Shown in pieces: positions 19,069-29,136 of a DNA stretch of 64,000 nucleotides. Each line of letters starts with the position of its first letter. The stretch's first letter is position 1. The position numbers and the translations under genes were made by a program. The stretch comes from Spirochaetota bacterium (GTDB lineage: Bacteria; Spirochaetota; UBA4802; JAFGDQ01), in NCBI GenBank assembly GCA_043803405.1, contig JAZDKB010000018.1:192001-256000 (forward strand). Reading direction: 5' to 3'. Below the pieces are notes generated by a model that was not told the DNA's origin, ran no database searches, and saw only the letters and a list, made by a program, of their open reading frames with translations.

Positions 19069-19533
19069 ATGAAAACAAATGCTATACGAATCCTTGAATC
19101 GAAAAAGATCGCTCATACAACGGCTGAATACGGATACGATGAGGATGAGTTGAATGCCGTCAGTGTTGCGAACTCGATTGGAGCGCTGCCTGAGACAGTT
19201 TTCAAGACTTTAGTCGCGCGAAATGATAAAAATAATGTCATAGTATTCGTGATCCCCGGCAACTTTAACCTCAATCTAAAAAAGGCCGCAACATCTTCAT
19301 ATTCAAAGAACATTGAAATGCTCAAGGTCAAAGAACTTTTTCCTATCACCGGATATATTCGCGGCGGATGCTCCCCGATAGGCATGAAAAAATTTTTTCC
19401 GGCATTCATAGACGAAACTGCCCGGCTTCATGAAAAAATATATATAAGCGCCGGAATTCGCGGTATGCAGATCTGTCTTTCTCCTTTAGATCTTGCGAAG
19501 GTCATTGAAGGGATATTTGCAGATCTGATATAA
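19069..19533 (+). CDS. ybaK: Cys-tRNA(Pro) deacylase
   Basis: KTNAIRIL, VFKTLV, TGYIRGGCSPIG, ISAGIRG. Confidence 0.92.
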   Translation: MKTNAIRILESKKIAHTTAEYGYDEDELNAVSVANSIGALPETVFKTLVARNDKNNVIVFVIPGNFNLNLKKAATSSYSKNIEMLKVKELFPITGYIRGGCSPIGMKKFFPAFIDETARLHEKIYISAGIRGMQICLSPLDLAKVIEGIFADLI

Positions 19534-19561
19534 AGTCTTAATATGAAATATGTTTATAAAA

Positions 19562-19614
19562 AAAGGATCATACTTTACACTCGTGTTTCAAAAAACTGTA
19601 AAGTATGATCCTTT
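19562..19614. terminator. Long hairpin between convergent ybaK and methyltransferase genes
   Basis: 18-bp perfect inverted repeat AAAGGATCATACTTTACA...TGTAAAGTATGATCCTTT. Confidence 0.65.
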
Positions 19615-19684
19615 GTAAACATGTATGACGAATATTCTGAAAGCATTTTCTCAAGTTAACGGGTTTAAAAGCAGTATAATAATA

Positions 19685-20533
19685 TTATAATTTCTTCGCT
19701 GAAACGATCATCATATCTCCTAAATAAAATTTCTTTGCCAGATAATCTGCCAGGTTTCTGATAATCGATCCGCTTTTTCCGAAATTGCTTCCATAAGTTT
19801 TATAGCGAACAACCTGGAATCCTGAATTCTCCAGAATCTCTTTTAAAGTTCTGTACGAAAAAAAGAATATGTGCTCTGGAAAATTATAGAACCTCCACTC
19901 TTTGCCGAAAAGCCTCATAAAGTTTAAACCCCCGGCTCTGCATGTTGAGATGCACAGAATCCCGTTTGCATCCATATCTTTATAAATTTTTTTTAATACC
20001 AGATCGGGCCGGTGCAAGTGCTCAATTGTCGCCCATAAAGTTATAAGCTGAAATTTTTTTGAATAATTGATCTTAAGATAATCACCAGGGCGGACATCCA
20101 TTCCCGATTTGCGGGCAAAAGCTACGCAGTCTTTTGAAACATCAATGCCCGAAGAATCCCATCCCCTTCCTTTCATGAAATTTACGAAATATCCTGCGGC
20201 GCAGCCTATATCAAGACAGTTTTTCCTTCCCTTTAACCAGTCCTCAAATTTAAAAAAGTCAAGGTCTGCCAGGTTAAGTTTAAATACACGTTCAATTTCA
20301 TTTCTGACTTTATCGGAAAAATAATTATCATAACCGCGCTCTGTTCTTTTAGTAAAATATTCTTTGCTGTAATATTTTTTTATTTCTTTTTCATCGGGCA
20401 CAGATGAAAGGAAGCGCATTCCGCACCTGCTGCATTTGACAAGCGTAAATTCGTCGCCCCTTTCGGACGCTTTTTTAAACTGCGGCGTAAAATTTTTAGA
20501 TCCGCAAACAATGCATGTATCGATTGTTATCAT
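19685..20533 (-). CDS. Class I SAM-dependent methyltransferase with N-terminal Cys pairs
   Basis: CIVCGS/CSRCG, LDIGCAAG, GIDVS, ITLWATIEHL, PEHIFFF. Confidence 0.85.
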   Translation of the reverse strand: MITIDTCIVCGSKNFTPQFKKASERGDEFTLVKCSRCGMRFLSSVPDEKEIKKYYSKEYFTKRTERGYDNYFSDKVRNEIERVFKLNLADLDFFKFEDWLKGRKNCLDIGCAAGYFVNFMKGRGWDSSGIDVSKDCVAFARKSGMDVRPGDYLKINYSKKFQLITLWATIEHLHRPDLVLKKIYKDMDANGILCISTCRAGGLNFMRLFGKEWRFYNFPEHIFFFSYRTLKEILENSGFQVVRYKTYGSNFGKSGSIIRNLADYLAKKFYLGDMMIVSAKKL

Positions 20534-20635
20534 AAATTTTTTCCGGCTTATTCGTTAAAGCTGCAACGCACTCGCTTTTTTAAAGTGATTTGTGTACATT
20601 TAATATTACGTTGTAGCGAATAACGCATTATCGGT

Positions 20636-21796
20636 TTACTGATCGTTTAACAGCGATAAAACTATTTTAGCAATTCTGTTGATCGCGTTCGGCTTCCCAA
20701 GCTTGCGTTTAACATCTGCAATATTTTTAATCATATCATTCAATAAACTTTTGTTGTCCAGATATCTGCTGACTTCCAGAAATATTTTTTTGCCTGTCAC
20801 ATTTCTTTGAAGAAGCTCTGTGCAAATTCTTTTGCCTGCAACAATATTGACTAGGGCAATATTTTTTATTTTAAGAACAAGCCTTGCGATCAATTCGGAA
20901 AAGAGGTCTATTTTATAAACGACTATCATCGGCTTGCCTATTATTGCTGTTTCCAGGGTAGCAGTGCCGGATGAGATTATTATAAAGTCGCATTTCTTAA
21001 TGGCTTTGTATGTATTGTCGGATATAATGCGAATTTTTAATTCAGAATAGGCGGGGTTACTCATATATAATTTTACAAAGTCAATTGCCTCTCCTTTTAT
21101 TAATGGCAGCAAAAAAGAAGCACCGTATTTTTTTTGCAGGATAACTGCTGCGTCGAGCATTGCAGGAAGATGTCTCTTTACCTCCGACAATCTTGAGCCT
21201 GGCAGAATGCCTATGCATCTTCCTGTGCTCCCGGCAGCAGTGCTGCGTGCTCCAGATAAACCGGATGAGACAAGATCGACCAGCGGGTTGCCTGCGAAAA
21301 AAACTTTTACACCCTCCTTCCTGTATATCTCCTCTTCAAACGGATACAGAACTATCATTGCATCAACATATTTTTTTATCTTTTCAATTCTCGAGTAATG
21401 CCATGCCCATATTTGCGGAGAAATATAATATATAATCTGTATGTTGCTTTTTTTTAGTTTTTCCGCAAGACGCAGATTAAACCCCGGAAAGTCTATTAAA
21501 ATTACAGTATTAATCCCTTTCGATAATACGAACTCAAGAATATTATTAAGCGCTTTTTTGTAGAAAGAGAGCTTAAGCAAAGGTTCAATCATTCCCATGC
21601 TTGCGAAGTCTTTGTAATTATAAATAAGCTTAACTTTTTCTTTATTTAAATTTTCTCCGCCTACGCCATAAAACCCGATATCCTTACTCAGCTTTTTTAT
21701 GGCGTTCACAAGAAGGCCGCCATGCATATCGCCGCTTGCTTCTCCGGCCATTATAAAAATTTTTTGTGTATGTTTCATAGCATTGGATGATCTCAT
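20636..21796 (-). CDS. lpxB: Lipid-A-disaccharide synthase
   Basis: AGEASGDMHG, IDFPGFN, YYISPQIWAW, LPGSRLSE, SGTATLE; start may be ATG 21778. Confidence 0.95.
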   Translation of the reverse strand: MRSSNAMKHTQKIFIMAGEASGDMHGGLLVNAIKKLSKDIGFYGVGGENLNKEKVKLIYNYKDFASMGMIEPLLKLSFYKKALNNILEFVLSKGINTVILIDFPGFNLRLAEKLKKSNIQIIYYISPQIWAWHYSRIEKIKKYVDAMIVLYPFEEEIYRKEGVKVFFAGNPLVDLVSSGLSGARSTAAGSTGRCIGILPGSRLSEVKRHLPAMLDAAVILQKKYGASFLLPLIKGEAIDFVKLYMSNPAYSELKIRIISDNTYKAIKKCDFIIISSGTATLETAIIGKPMIVVYKIDLFSELIARLVLKIKNIALVNIVAGKRICTELLQRNVTGKKIFLEVSRYLDNKSLLNDMIKNIADVKRKLGKPNAINRIAKIVLSLLNDQ

Positions 21797-21962
21797 GGAA
21801 TAGAGTACTTATTAATTTGTATAATAATTCCTCCGGAAAGTTCATTGTTAGCTATTATATATTTTTGTACGTTTGTCAATCAAACAAATAATTCATTTGA
21901 CATGATAAGATTATTATTTCTATACAAAAAGAGTAAGGAAATAGAAGAACATAAATAATACA

Positions 21963-22880
21963 ATGAGCAATCACAAATACTGGATAGCCTTAGAGCAGGC
22001 AAAGGGAATAGGCCCCGCGAATCTAAAGATTATTTATGATAAATTAAAAAGCTTTAATCTGTCAATAATTGATCTTTTTAACCTAACTCCTGCGGAGATC
22101 AAAAGCGAATTTGCCTTGCACGAAAATGTAATTAACGCAATCGGGAACGCAAAGAATTCCATATATAGAATAGAAGAAGATTATCATTCATTGATTGATG
22201 CGGGAGTTGAGCCTTTACTTTTTTTTGAGGAAGCTTATCCGGTGCGTCTGCATAACATATTAAAGACATCGATCCCGCCTGTGCTGTATATATATGGCAA
22301 CAGAAATATCCTTAAAGAAAAAGGCGCTGCAATACTCGCTGAAAAAGATCTGAGCGAAAGAGGAGAAAATATCACTTATCTTGCTGCGAAAGAACTTTCA
22401 ATGCACAGGATTGCGGTAATAAGCGGTATGGCCAAAGGTGCGGATATTGCGCACAGAAGCGCTCTTTTAAACGGAGGCGCCACAATTGCGATATTACCGC
22501 ATGGCATATTTCATTTTAAAATTCCTGATCTTTTAAAAGATGTATATGATCCCGAAAAAATTCTTATAATCTCGCCTTTTTATCCTTCTGCAGAACCGAA
22601 TAAATATAATGCTTATATCAGAAACAGGCTGATTTGCGCTCTCTCTTATGCTGTTTATATAACGGAAGCTGCTCAGGACGGCGGAATTTTTGAAGCCGCG
22701 AAATCTGCAAAGAAATTAAATGTGCCGTTATTTGTAACTGAATATAAAGACTATCCAAAGAGCGCTTCTGCAAATAAATCTTTAATTGATGATGGAGCTT
22801 TTCCTGTTAAAGGCAGGCTCATAAATAATGAGCTGACCCCCAACCTGGATGATTTAACAGGCATTGTAAAATTTAAATAA
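21963..22880 (+). CDS. dprA: DNA-processing protein DprA/Smf
   Basis: YPVRL..PPVLYIYGN, ISGMAKGADIAH, RNRLICALS, ITEA. Confidence 0.85.
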   Translation: MSNHKYWIALEQAKGIGPANLKIIYDKLKSFNLSIIDLFNLTPAEIKSEFALHENVINAIGNAKNSIYRIEEDYHSLIDAGVEPLLFFEEAYPVRLHNILKTSIPPVLYIYGNRNILKEKGAAILAEKDLSERGENITYLAAKELSMHRIAVISGMAKGADIAHRSALLNGGATIAILPHGIFHFKIPDLLKDVYDPEKILIISPFYPSAEPNKYNAYIRNRLICALSYAVYITEAAQDGGIFEAAKSAKKLNVPLFVTEYKDYPKSASANKSLIDDGAFPVKGRLINNELTPNLDDLTGIVKFK

Positions 22881-22926
22881 AACGTCTGCTACTAACCATT
22901 ATTTAATGCAGTTATTATAATTCAAC

Positions 22927-22955
22927 TTGACGTAAAAGTTTTACTTCGATATATT
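22927..22955 (+). promoter_or_regulatory. Sigma70-type promoter of the toxin-antitoxin pair, with a short palindrome in the spacer
   Basis: TTGACG-N17-TATATT; GTAAAA-G-TTTTAC palindrome at 22932-22944. Confidence 0.55.
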
Positions 22956-23058
22956 AAGAATCTATTACATTGGATAGTTTATGAACGAGTTAAAAGGATA
23001 ATTTCCAATCTGTTAAGATAGATTCTGAGCCATATTTATTATTATCGGGGCATAAGTT

Positions 23059-23289
23059 ATGAATGCGTATAAACTACTTACAAATATACCTAAAGAAAGA
23101 AAAATTTATCTCGAAATTCCTTCATCCTTTCCTGTTGGGCCAGTTGAAATTATTATGCTTTCTGGCGATAAAGCAGAAAGCGTGAATGAAGAAAATATAA
23201 AAAAAATTTATGGTTCTTTTAAAGGAAGCAAATTCAACTCTGAACGATTTATTCAGCTTAAACAAGAAGAAAAGGAATTAGATCGATAA
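23059..23289 (+). CDS. Putative antitoxin
   Basis: 76-aa ORF with TAATG overlap to a PIN-domain gene; acidic C-terminal end. Confidence 0.65.
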   Translation: MNAYKLLTNIPKERKIYLEIPSSFPVGPVEIIMLSGDKAESVNEENIKKIYGSFKGSKFNSERFIQLKQEEKELDR

Positions 23290-23702
23290 TGGAGACTTAT
23301 GTTTTTGACGCCTGCTCTTTGATCGCTTTTTTTGAAGGAGAACCCGGGTCCGATAAAGTCCGAGATATTATAATTAAAGCCAATAGAGGGAATTGTATTA
23401 TATACATAAATAAAATCAACTTACTCGAAATTTACTATGGGTTTCTTCGAGACGATGGCCGCGAAACTGCAGAAAAAGCTTTTAGTGATGTTTTGTCCCT
23501 TCCTGTCAGTATTGTTGATATTCTAGGAGATGATCTAATTAAAGAAGCTGGAAGGATAAAAGCAGTTTATAAAGTTTCTCTAGCTGATTCGATTGCAATA
23601 GCTGAAGCAAAAATTCGAAAAGCACGTCTAGTGAGTTCAGACCACCATGAGTTAGATATTATTGATAAAAAAGGTGAGGTAGACTTTCTTTGGATCAGAT
23701 GA
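23289..23702 (+). CDS. vapC: VapC-like PIN-domain toxin
   Basis: YVFDAC, LLEIYY, SLADSIA, LVSSD supply the four conserved acidic PIN residues; 137 aa. Confidence 0.88.
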   Translation: METYVFDACSLIAFFEGEPGSDKVRDIIIKANRGNCIIYINKINLLEIYYGFLRDDGRETAEKAFSDVLSLPVSIVDILGDDLIKEAGRIKAVYKVSLADSIAIAEAKIRKARLVSSDHHELDIIDKKGEVDFLWIR

Positions 23703-23955
23703 GAATATTCTAACCGTCATTTTAAAATTATAGTTCTTAATATTAGCCCCCCTCCGTTTGTTACGAACATATTACAATCATATTAACCAAATGTAAATTT
23801 AATCCTAAAAACTGGTGTTTCTGGATTCTGCTGTTGACTCTTAATGCCTGAATGTCTATCAATAGATCAAAAAGTAACACAAAATATTATTTTAATATTA
23901 AATTAAACATTAAAATAAAAATAATAAAATATTTTATTTAGCCGGAGGTTATTAT

Positions 23956-25179
23956 ATGATAAACTATGTGGATACCGTATGGATGCTGATATCCACTGCG
24001 ATGGTTATGCTTATGACTCCAACCCTCGCATTCTTTTACGGCGGTTTAGTCCGGAAGAAAAATGTTCTCTCCATATTAATGCAGACATTTGCGATCCTTG
24101 CAGCTGTTTCCCTGCAATGGATTCTTTTCGGGTATAGTATTGCATTTGGCCCGGATTTCGGCAGCATAATAGGAAAGCTTGATTATATAGGTTTAAGCGG
24201 AGTAGGAATGGCTCCTCTTGACGGACAGACAATACCGCATCAGGTTTTTGTGTTATTCCAGATGATGTTTGCTGTAATAACCCCGGCACTGATCATTGGT
24301 GCATTTGCGGAAAGAATCAAATTCTGCGGTTTTTTATTGTTCATTATTTTATGGACAACATTTATTTACGACCCGATGGCTCACTGGGTCTGGTCTCCTG
24401 CCGGCTGGCTGGCAAAACTCGGAGCTCTTGACTTTGCCGGAGGAACAGTAATTCACATTACAGCAGGAATATCAGCTCTGGTTATGGCATTATTGCTTGG
24501 CAAACGTTCCGGGCTTACTGTCGGCAAAGCGCCTCATAATCTCCCTTTTGCGGTTCTGGGTGCGGGTTTCCTATGGTTCGGCTGGTTCGGTTTTAATGCA
24601 GGAAGCGCGCTTTCCGTGGGACCTGTGACAGTATCTGCTTTTTTAAATACAAATACAGCGGCAGCAGCGGCCGCACTTACATGGATGTTCCTGGACTGGA
24701 TGATAAACAAAGTTCCTACGGTGCTTGGAGTGATTACAGGCCTTGTTGCGGGACTTGTAGCCATAACTCCTGCTGCGGGTTATGTAACGCCCATTGCTTC
24801 GATTTTTATAGGAGCAAGCGGCAGCGTACTTGGCTTTATTTTCGTATCTAAAATAAAACCAAAATTCGGATATGATGATTCTCTGGATGTATTCGGCGTG
24901 CACGGCATCGCAGGGATTACGGGAGCAATTCTGACAGGTGTTTTTGCCACAAAAACGATTAATACGGCAGGAGCAGACGGTCTTCTGTACGGGAATCCAT
25001 CGCAGCTTTTTGTGCAGGCAATAACTGTATTAGTCGCAATAGTCTATTCGGCATTGGGTACTTACATATTGTTTAAATTAGTCGATGCTGTTATTGGACT
25101 AAGAGTGGATGCTAAAGATGAATATATCGGCCTTGATCTCACACAGCATCACGAAGCCGGGTACACCTTAATGGAGTAG
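23956..25179 (+). CDS. amtB: Ammonium transporter
   Basis: [56 protein letters not shown]. Confidence 0.97.
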   Translation: MINYVDTVWMLISTAMVMLMTPTLAFFYGGLVRKKNVLSILMQTFAILAAVSLQWILFGYSIAFGPDFGSIIGKLDYIGLSGVGMAPLDGQTIPHQVFVLFQMMFAVITPALIIGAFAERIKFCGFLLFIILWTTFIYDPMAHWVWSPAGWLAKLGALDFAGGTVIHITAGISALVMALLLGKRSGLTVGKAPHNLPFAVLGAGFLWFGWFGFNAGSALSVGPVTVSAFLNTNTAAAAAALTWMFLDWMINKVPTVLGVITGLVAGLVAITPAAGYVTPIASIFIGASGSVLGFIFVSKIKPKFGYDDSLDVFGVHGIAGITGAILTGVFATKTINTAGADGLLYGNPSQLFVQAITVLVAIVYSALGTYILFKLVDAVIGLRVDAKDEYIGLDLTQHHEAGYTLME

Positions 25180-25190
25180 GGAGAAAAAAT

Positions 25191-25532
25191 ATGAAATACG
25201 TAATAGCAGTCATCAGGCCGCATAAACTGGAGGCCGTTAAAGCTGAGCTGGAAAAAGAAGAAGTCCATCTTATGACAATAAGCGAAGTTCTCGGATGCGG
25301 ACGTCAGAAAGGGATCACTGAGGTATATCGCGGTGTTAAAGAAGTAGACAACCTTTTACGCAAAGTAAAGCTGGAGATTGCAGTTAACGATTCTTTTCTT
25401 GAAAAAACAATCTCGGCCATTACAAGAGGTGCCGGCGAGGGAAAAATCGGAGACGGCAAAATATTCGTTCTGGACCTTAACGAATGCATCAGGATAAGTT
25501 CCGGCGAACGGGGCCATGTCGCAATCGGCTAA
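25191..25532 (+). CDS. glnK: P-II nitrogen regulator
   Basis: [21 protein letters not shown]-loop, [10 protein letters not shown]; adjacent to amtB. Confidence 0.92.
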   Translation: MKYVIAVIRPHKLEAVKAELEKEEVHLMTISEVLGCGRQKGITEVYRGVKEVDNLLRKVKLEIAVNDSFLEKTISAITRGAGEGKIGDGKIFVLDLNECIRISSGERGHVAIG

Positions 25533-25631
25533 AATTAATAATAGTGATATTTGTTTATGTTGGATATCTGCGAAACAATCTTAATATTTATAACAGGATT
25601 GTTTCGCAGTAATTATTTGAATGATACAGGA

Positions 25632-25832
25632 TTATTTTATCTTGTATTTCTTCTTGAATTTTTCAACGCGGCCTGTGCTGTCTACAATTTTCTGTTTTTT
25701 AGTGTAAAATGGATGACAGCTGGAGCAAATTTCAACGTGAAGATCCTTTACAGTTGATCTTGTTTTGAATTCCTGCCCGCATGCGCATTTAATAGTAGTT
25801 TCTTCATAAGCAGGATGTATACCTTCTTTCAT
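25632..25832 (-). CDS. rpmE: 50S ribosomal protein L31 (zinc-binding type)
   Basis: [28 protein letters not shown]. Confidence 0.97.
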   Translation of the reverse strand: MKEGIHPAYEETTIKCACGQEFKTRSTVKDLHVEICSSCHPFYTKKQKIVDSTGRVEKFKKKYKIK

Positions 25833-25889
25833 ATTTATCTCCCTAATTGGTTCAATTATAGTATCGTGAATTTAAATCTCTCTTTTTGT

Positions 25890-27335
25890 TTAAGCTCCGG
25901 AATTCATTGCTCCGAAAAACGCTTTATTGTTTTTAGTCGCTTTCATCTTTTCAACCAGCAATTCCATTGCCTCAACAGGGCTCATTGGAGCAATTGCCTT
26001 TCTGAGTACCCATAGCTTACTTAGCTCTTCTTCGTCAAGCAAAAGTTCTTCTCTTCTTGTTCCGGATTTGTTAATGTCTATAGCAGGGAATACCCTTCTG
26101 TCAACGAGTTTCCGGTCAAGATTTACTTCACAGTTGCCGGTGCCCTTAAATTCTTCAAAAATTACCTCATCCATTCTGCTGCCGGTATCTATAAGAGCAG
26201 TCGCAAGAATTGTAAGGCTTCCGCCTTCTTCTATGTTTCTTGCTGCTCCGAAAAATCTTTTCGGTTTATGTAAAGCGTTTGAATCAACGCCGCCGGAAAG
26301 AATTTTACCGCTCGACGGCACAACCTGATTGTATGCTCTAGCAAGCCTTGTTATAGAGTCAAGCAAAATTACTACATCTTTTTTGTGTTCGACCAGCCTT
26401 TTCGCTTTCTCCATTACCATCTCAGCTACCTGCACATGCCGCGAAGCAGGCTCGTCAAAAGTGGAAGAAATTACTTCTCCTTTGACAGACCTTTGCATAT
26501 CTGTAACTTCTTCGGGCCTTTCATCTATCAGTAATACAATAAGGTATATTTCCGGATGATTTGTAGTTATTGAGTTTGCGATCTGCTGAAGAAGTATTGT
26601 TTTACCTGTCCTGGGTGGCGCTACAATTAAAGCTCTTTGACCTTTCCCCAAAGGAGTAAAAATGTTAACAATTCTCATACTTACGTTGTGTGCTTCAGTC
26701 TCAAGATTAATTCTGTTCTGAGGATAAAGAGGGGTAAGATTGTCAAAAAGAGCTCGTTTCTGCAGTTTCTCAGGATTTTCATAATTTACGGCTTCTATCC
26801 GGAGAAGCGCGTAAAAACGCTCATTATCCTTAGGAGGCCTTATTTGTCCTGTTACATTGTCGCCTGTTCGTAACCCGAAAAGTCTTATTTGAGATGGCGA
26901 AACATATATATCGTCGGGACCTGGTAAATAATTATAATTCGGAGAACGGAGGAAACCGTATCCGTCGCTTAATATTTCCAGAACCCCGCTTGAAAATATC
27001 AGACCACTTCTTTCAGTCTGCACTTTGAGTATTTCAAAAATCATATCCTGCTTTTTTAAACTTGAAACTCCTTCTATGCCCATTTCACGGGCAATAGCGG
27101 ATAATTCGCTGATAGTCTTATCTTTCAATTCAGCAAGGTCCAGTTTGCTGTCAGTTCCTGTAGATTTCTTTTTTTCAACACGGCTTTCATTTTTTATCCT
27201 GGGATTGCTTTTTCCTGTTGAAGGAACAGGTTTCTTATCAAAATGGTTGCTGCCATTTGAGCCGCTTGCGCCGTTCGTTCCATTAGAACCATTGCTTTTT
27301 ATATCAGCTTTTACAGTTTCAGTTGGTTTTATCAT
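25890..27335 (-). CDS. rho: Transcription termination factor Rho
   Basis: [56 protein letters not shown]. Confidence 0.98.
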   Translation of the reverse strand: MIKPTETVKADIKSNGSNGTNGASGSNGSNHFDKKPVPSTGKSNPRIKNESRVEKKKSTGTDSKLDLAELKDKTISELSAIAREMGIEGVSSLKKQDMIFEILKVQTERSGLIFSSGVLEILSDGYGFLRSPNYNYLPGPDDIYVSPSQIRLFGLRTGDNVTGQIRPPKDNERFYALLRIEAVNYENPEKLQKRALFDNLTPLYPQNRINLETEAHNVSMRIVNIFTPLGKGQRALIVAPPRTGKTILLQQIANSITTNHPEIYLIVLLIDERPEEVTDMQRSVKGEVISSTFDEPASRHVQVAEMVMEKAKRLVEHKKDVVILLDSITRLARAYNQVVPSSGKILSGGVDSNALHKPKRFFGAARNIEEGGSLTILATALIDTGSRMDEVIFEEFKGTGNCEVNLDRKLVDRRVFPAIDINKSGTRREELLLDEEELSKLWVLRKAIAPMSPVEAMELLVEKMKATKNNKAFFGAMNSGA

Positions 27336-27885
27336 AAATCACCTTTAAAATATATTAATTATTGCATTATTCTGAGAAACAGGGAAAGTCTGGATGCAGA
27401 AAATTATCTCCATTGTTTGGAACAGTATTTATTAATGTACACACTAGTATTTAATATGCGAGAAAAGAATCCAAAATTGTTTTAAAATCATAAATTGAAT
27501 AATAAGTATTTTTTAAGATATTTATAAGTATTTATCCATTATATGTAGTTATATATTGTATTCCACAATTAAATTTAATAAACGTTTCCTGGCTTCATTT
27601 TATCAAGAAATATTGTGAGTTACCAGATATTTAATTTTCTCTTGCAGGATTTTGATAAAGATCATTAAAATTAAAGGAGAAATTGCCTCATAAATATTTA
27701 TAGAAGATGTATAAAATAAAAATATACTCGTTAAATAATAAAAGTTATATATTATTCTACAGGGAAAGTTGAGTTTAAAACCATAAGTATAACTTTTTCT
27801 CTGCAGTTAATTTAAGAAATAGTTTTGAAATTTAAAACTGTTTGATCATGAGGATAATAATCGGAATTATTTATACCTGTTTGAT

Positions 27886-27914
27886 AGATTAATATCACAT
27901 GACAAATTAGTCAA
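27886..27914 (-). promoter_or_regulatory. Candidate sigma70 promoter for rho
   Basis: TTGACT-N17-TAATCT on the minus strand, about 550 nt upstream of the rho ATG. Confidence 0.45.
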
Positions 27915-27953
27915 GGAAAATATTTTTGTTTTAAATTAAAATTTATTAATTTC

Positions 27954-27981
27954 TTGACATTTATAAATTTTAATTTAGACT
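27954..27981 (+). promoter_or_regulatory. Candidate sigma70 promoter for the flaA operon
   Basis: TTGACA-N16-TAGACT. Confidence 0.5.
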
Positions 27982-28314
27982 AAAATAGTTAAAAAATTAA
28001 ATATTTAGACCGCAAAATTTCAATAGTCCGGGTGCGCTATCGGTTAATTAAAATATTCATGCCTTATTGGAGCGGCTACCCAACCTAATATAAAACAGCG
28101 GAGGTAATGGTTGTTAAATCTTTAAATTAAAAATAAAATTAAATTGAATAATTTTATATTTAATTTCTTCAGATTATATTCCGATATTGATAATAAGGAT
28201 ACTCATATTTTTATCCTTGAGAAGGGCAAAAATATATTAAAATCTTAAAACAAAAAGTCTGATATACGGCAGGTAATATACTGCCGTCAAAACAATTTAT
28301 TAAGGAGTTAAGAC

Positions 28315-29082
28315 ATGAAAAGGGAGGTCAAATCAATACTGCCGGCAATGTCCATCGGATTATTAATTTTATTTATAGGAATAGGCAGCATACAACTAAA
28401 AGCCCAAGCCCCTGCAACAACGGCTCCGGCTACTACAACAGCTCCAGCACAGAGCGCTCAGAAACAACAATCCGGCCTTTATGAAGACTGGATGAGTGAT
28501 TTTGAAACCTGTGAAGACTGGAGAGCGCTTTCAACAACACCGCTCGGTGACTCAAAAATAAGAAAAATACCGGGAAAGCCGAGACCAATGGATGATCAGG
28601 GGAATGTCACTGAATTTCCGAACGAGATTACTGATGAAAACGGAATAACACATAAAAATGAGAATGTGCTCGGAGTTAAGGGTTATGTTATAGATAGAGG
28701 ATTTGACAGGGTAGAAGTTCTCCCTCCAAATGAATTTATTATTCGCGGAAAAGCGAAAGAATTAAAAGTCTGGGCATTAGGCAGAAAGTTCAGACATACA
28801 TTATTTGTAAAATTCAGAGATTACAGAGGAAAATTCCATAAAATTAAAGTTGGCAGACTGGATTTCTGGGGATGGAGAGAAATGTCGGTTATTATACCCG
28901 GATGGATACCGCAGTCTGCAACTTATGCCATGCTGGATAAAAACCTTCATTTTGTATCCTTTTTTATTGAAAGCGACCGGTATGAAGTGCCTGGAACTTA
29001 TTATGTTTATTTAGATAACTTCAGGATATTAACCGATCTGTCCGAATTTACAGGCGATACTTTCATTAAAGATACATGGTAA
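28315..29082 (+). CDS. flaA: Periplasmic flagellar filament sheath protein FlaA
   Basis: Signal peptide; DFETCEDW, VLGVK, KVWALGR, GRLDFWGWR, YVYLDNFR; paralogue of the next gene. Confidence 0.85.
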   Translation: MKREVKSILPAMSIGLLILFIGIGSIQLKAQAPATTAPATTTAPAQSAQKQQSGLYEDWMSDFETCEDWRALSTTPLGDSKIRKIPGKPRPMDDQGNVTEFPNEITDENGITHKNENVLGVKGYVIDRGFDRVEVLPPNEFIIRGKAKELKVWALGRKFRHTLFVKFRDYRGKFHKIKVGRLDFWGWREMSVIIPGWIPQSATYAMLDKNLHFVSFFIESDRYEVPGTYYVYLDNFRILTDLSEFTGDTFIKDTW

Positions 29083-29136
29083 AATCTGCCAGATACCAGA
29101 TAAAAATGCAGATAAGAATCGACAAGGAGGCGATAT

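Noticed and set aside
23759..23776. TGT-N12-ACA upstream of amtB as a GlnR/TnrA box
   Set aside because: Spacing is one base longer than TGTNA-N7-TNACA, and such words are frequent in AT-rich DNA.
28222..28287. c-di-GMP-I riboswitch-like words (GGCAAA...GTCTGA...ACGGCAG) before flaA
   Set aside because: No GNRA-capped P2 stem or GACGCAAA junction; only scattered short matches.
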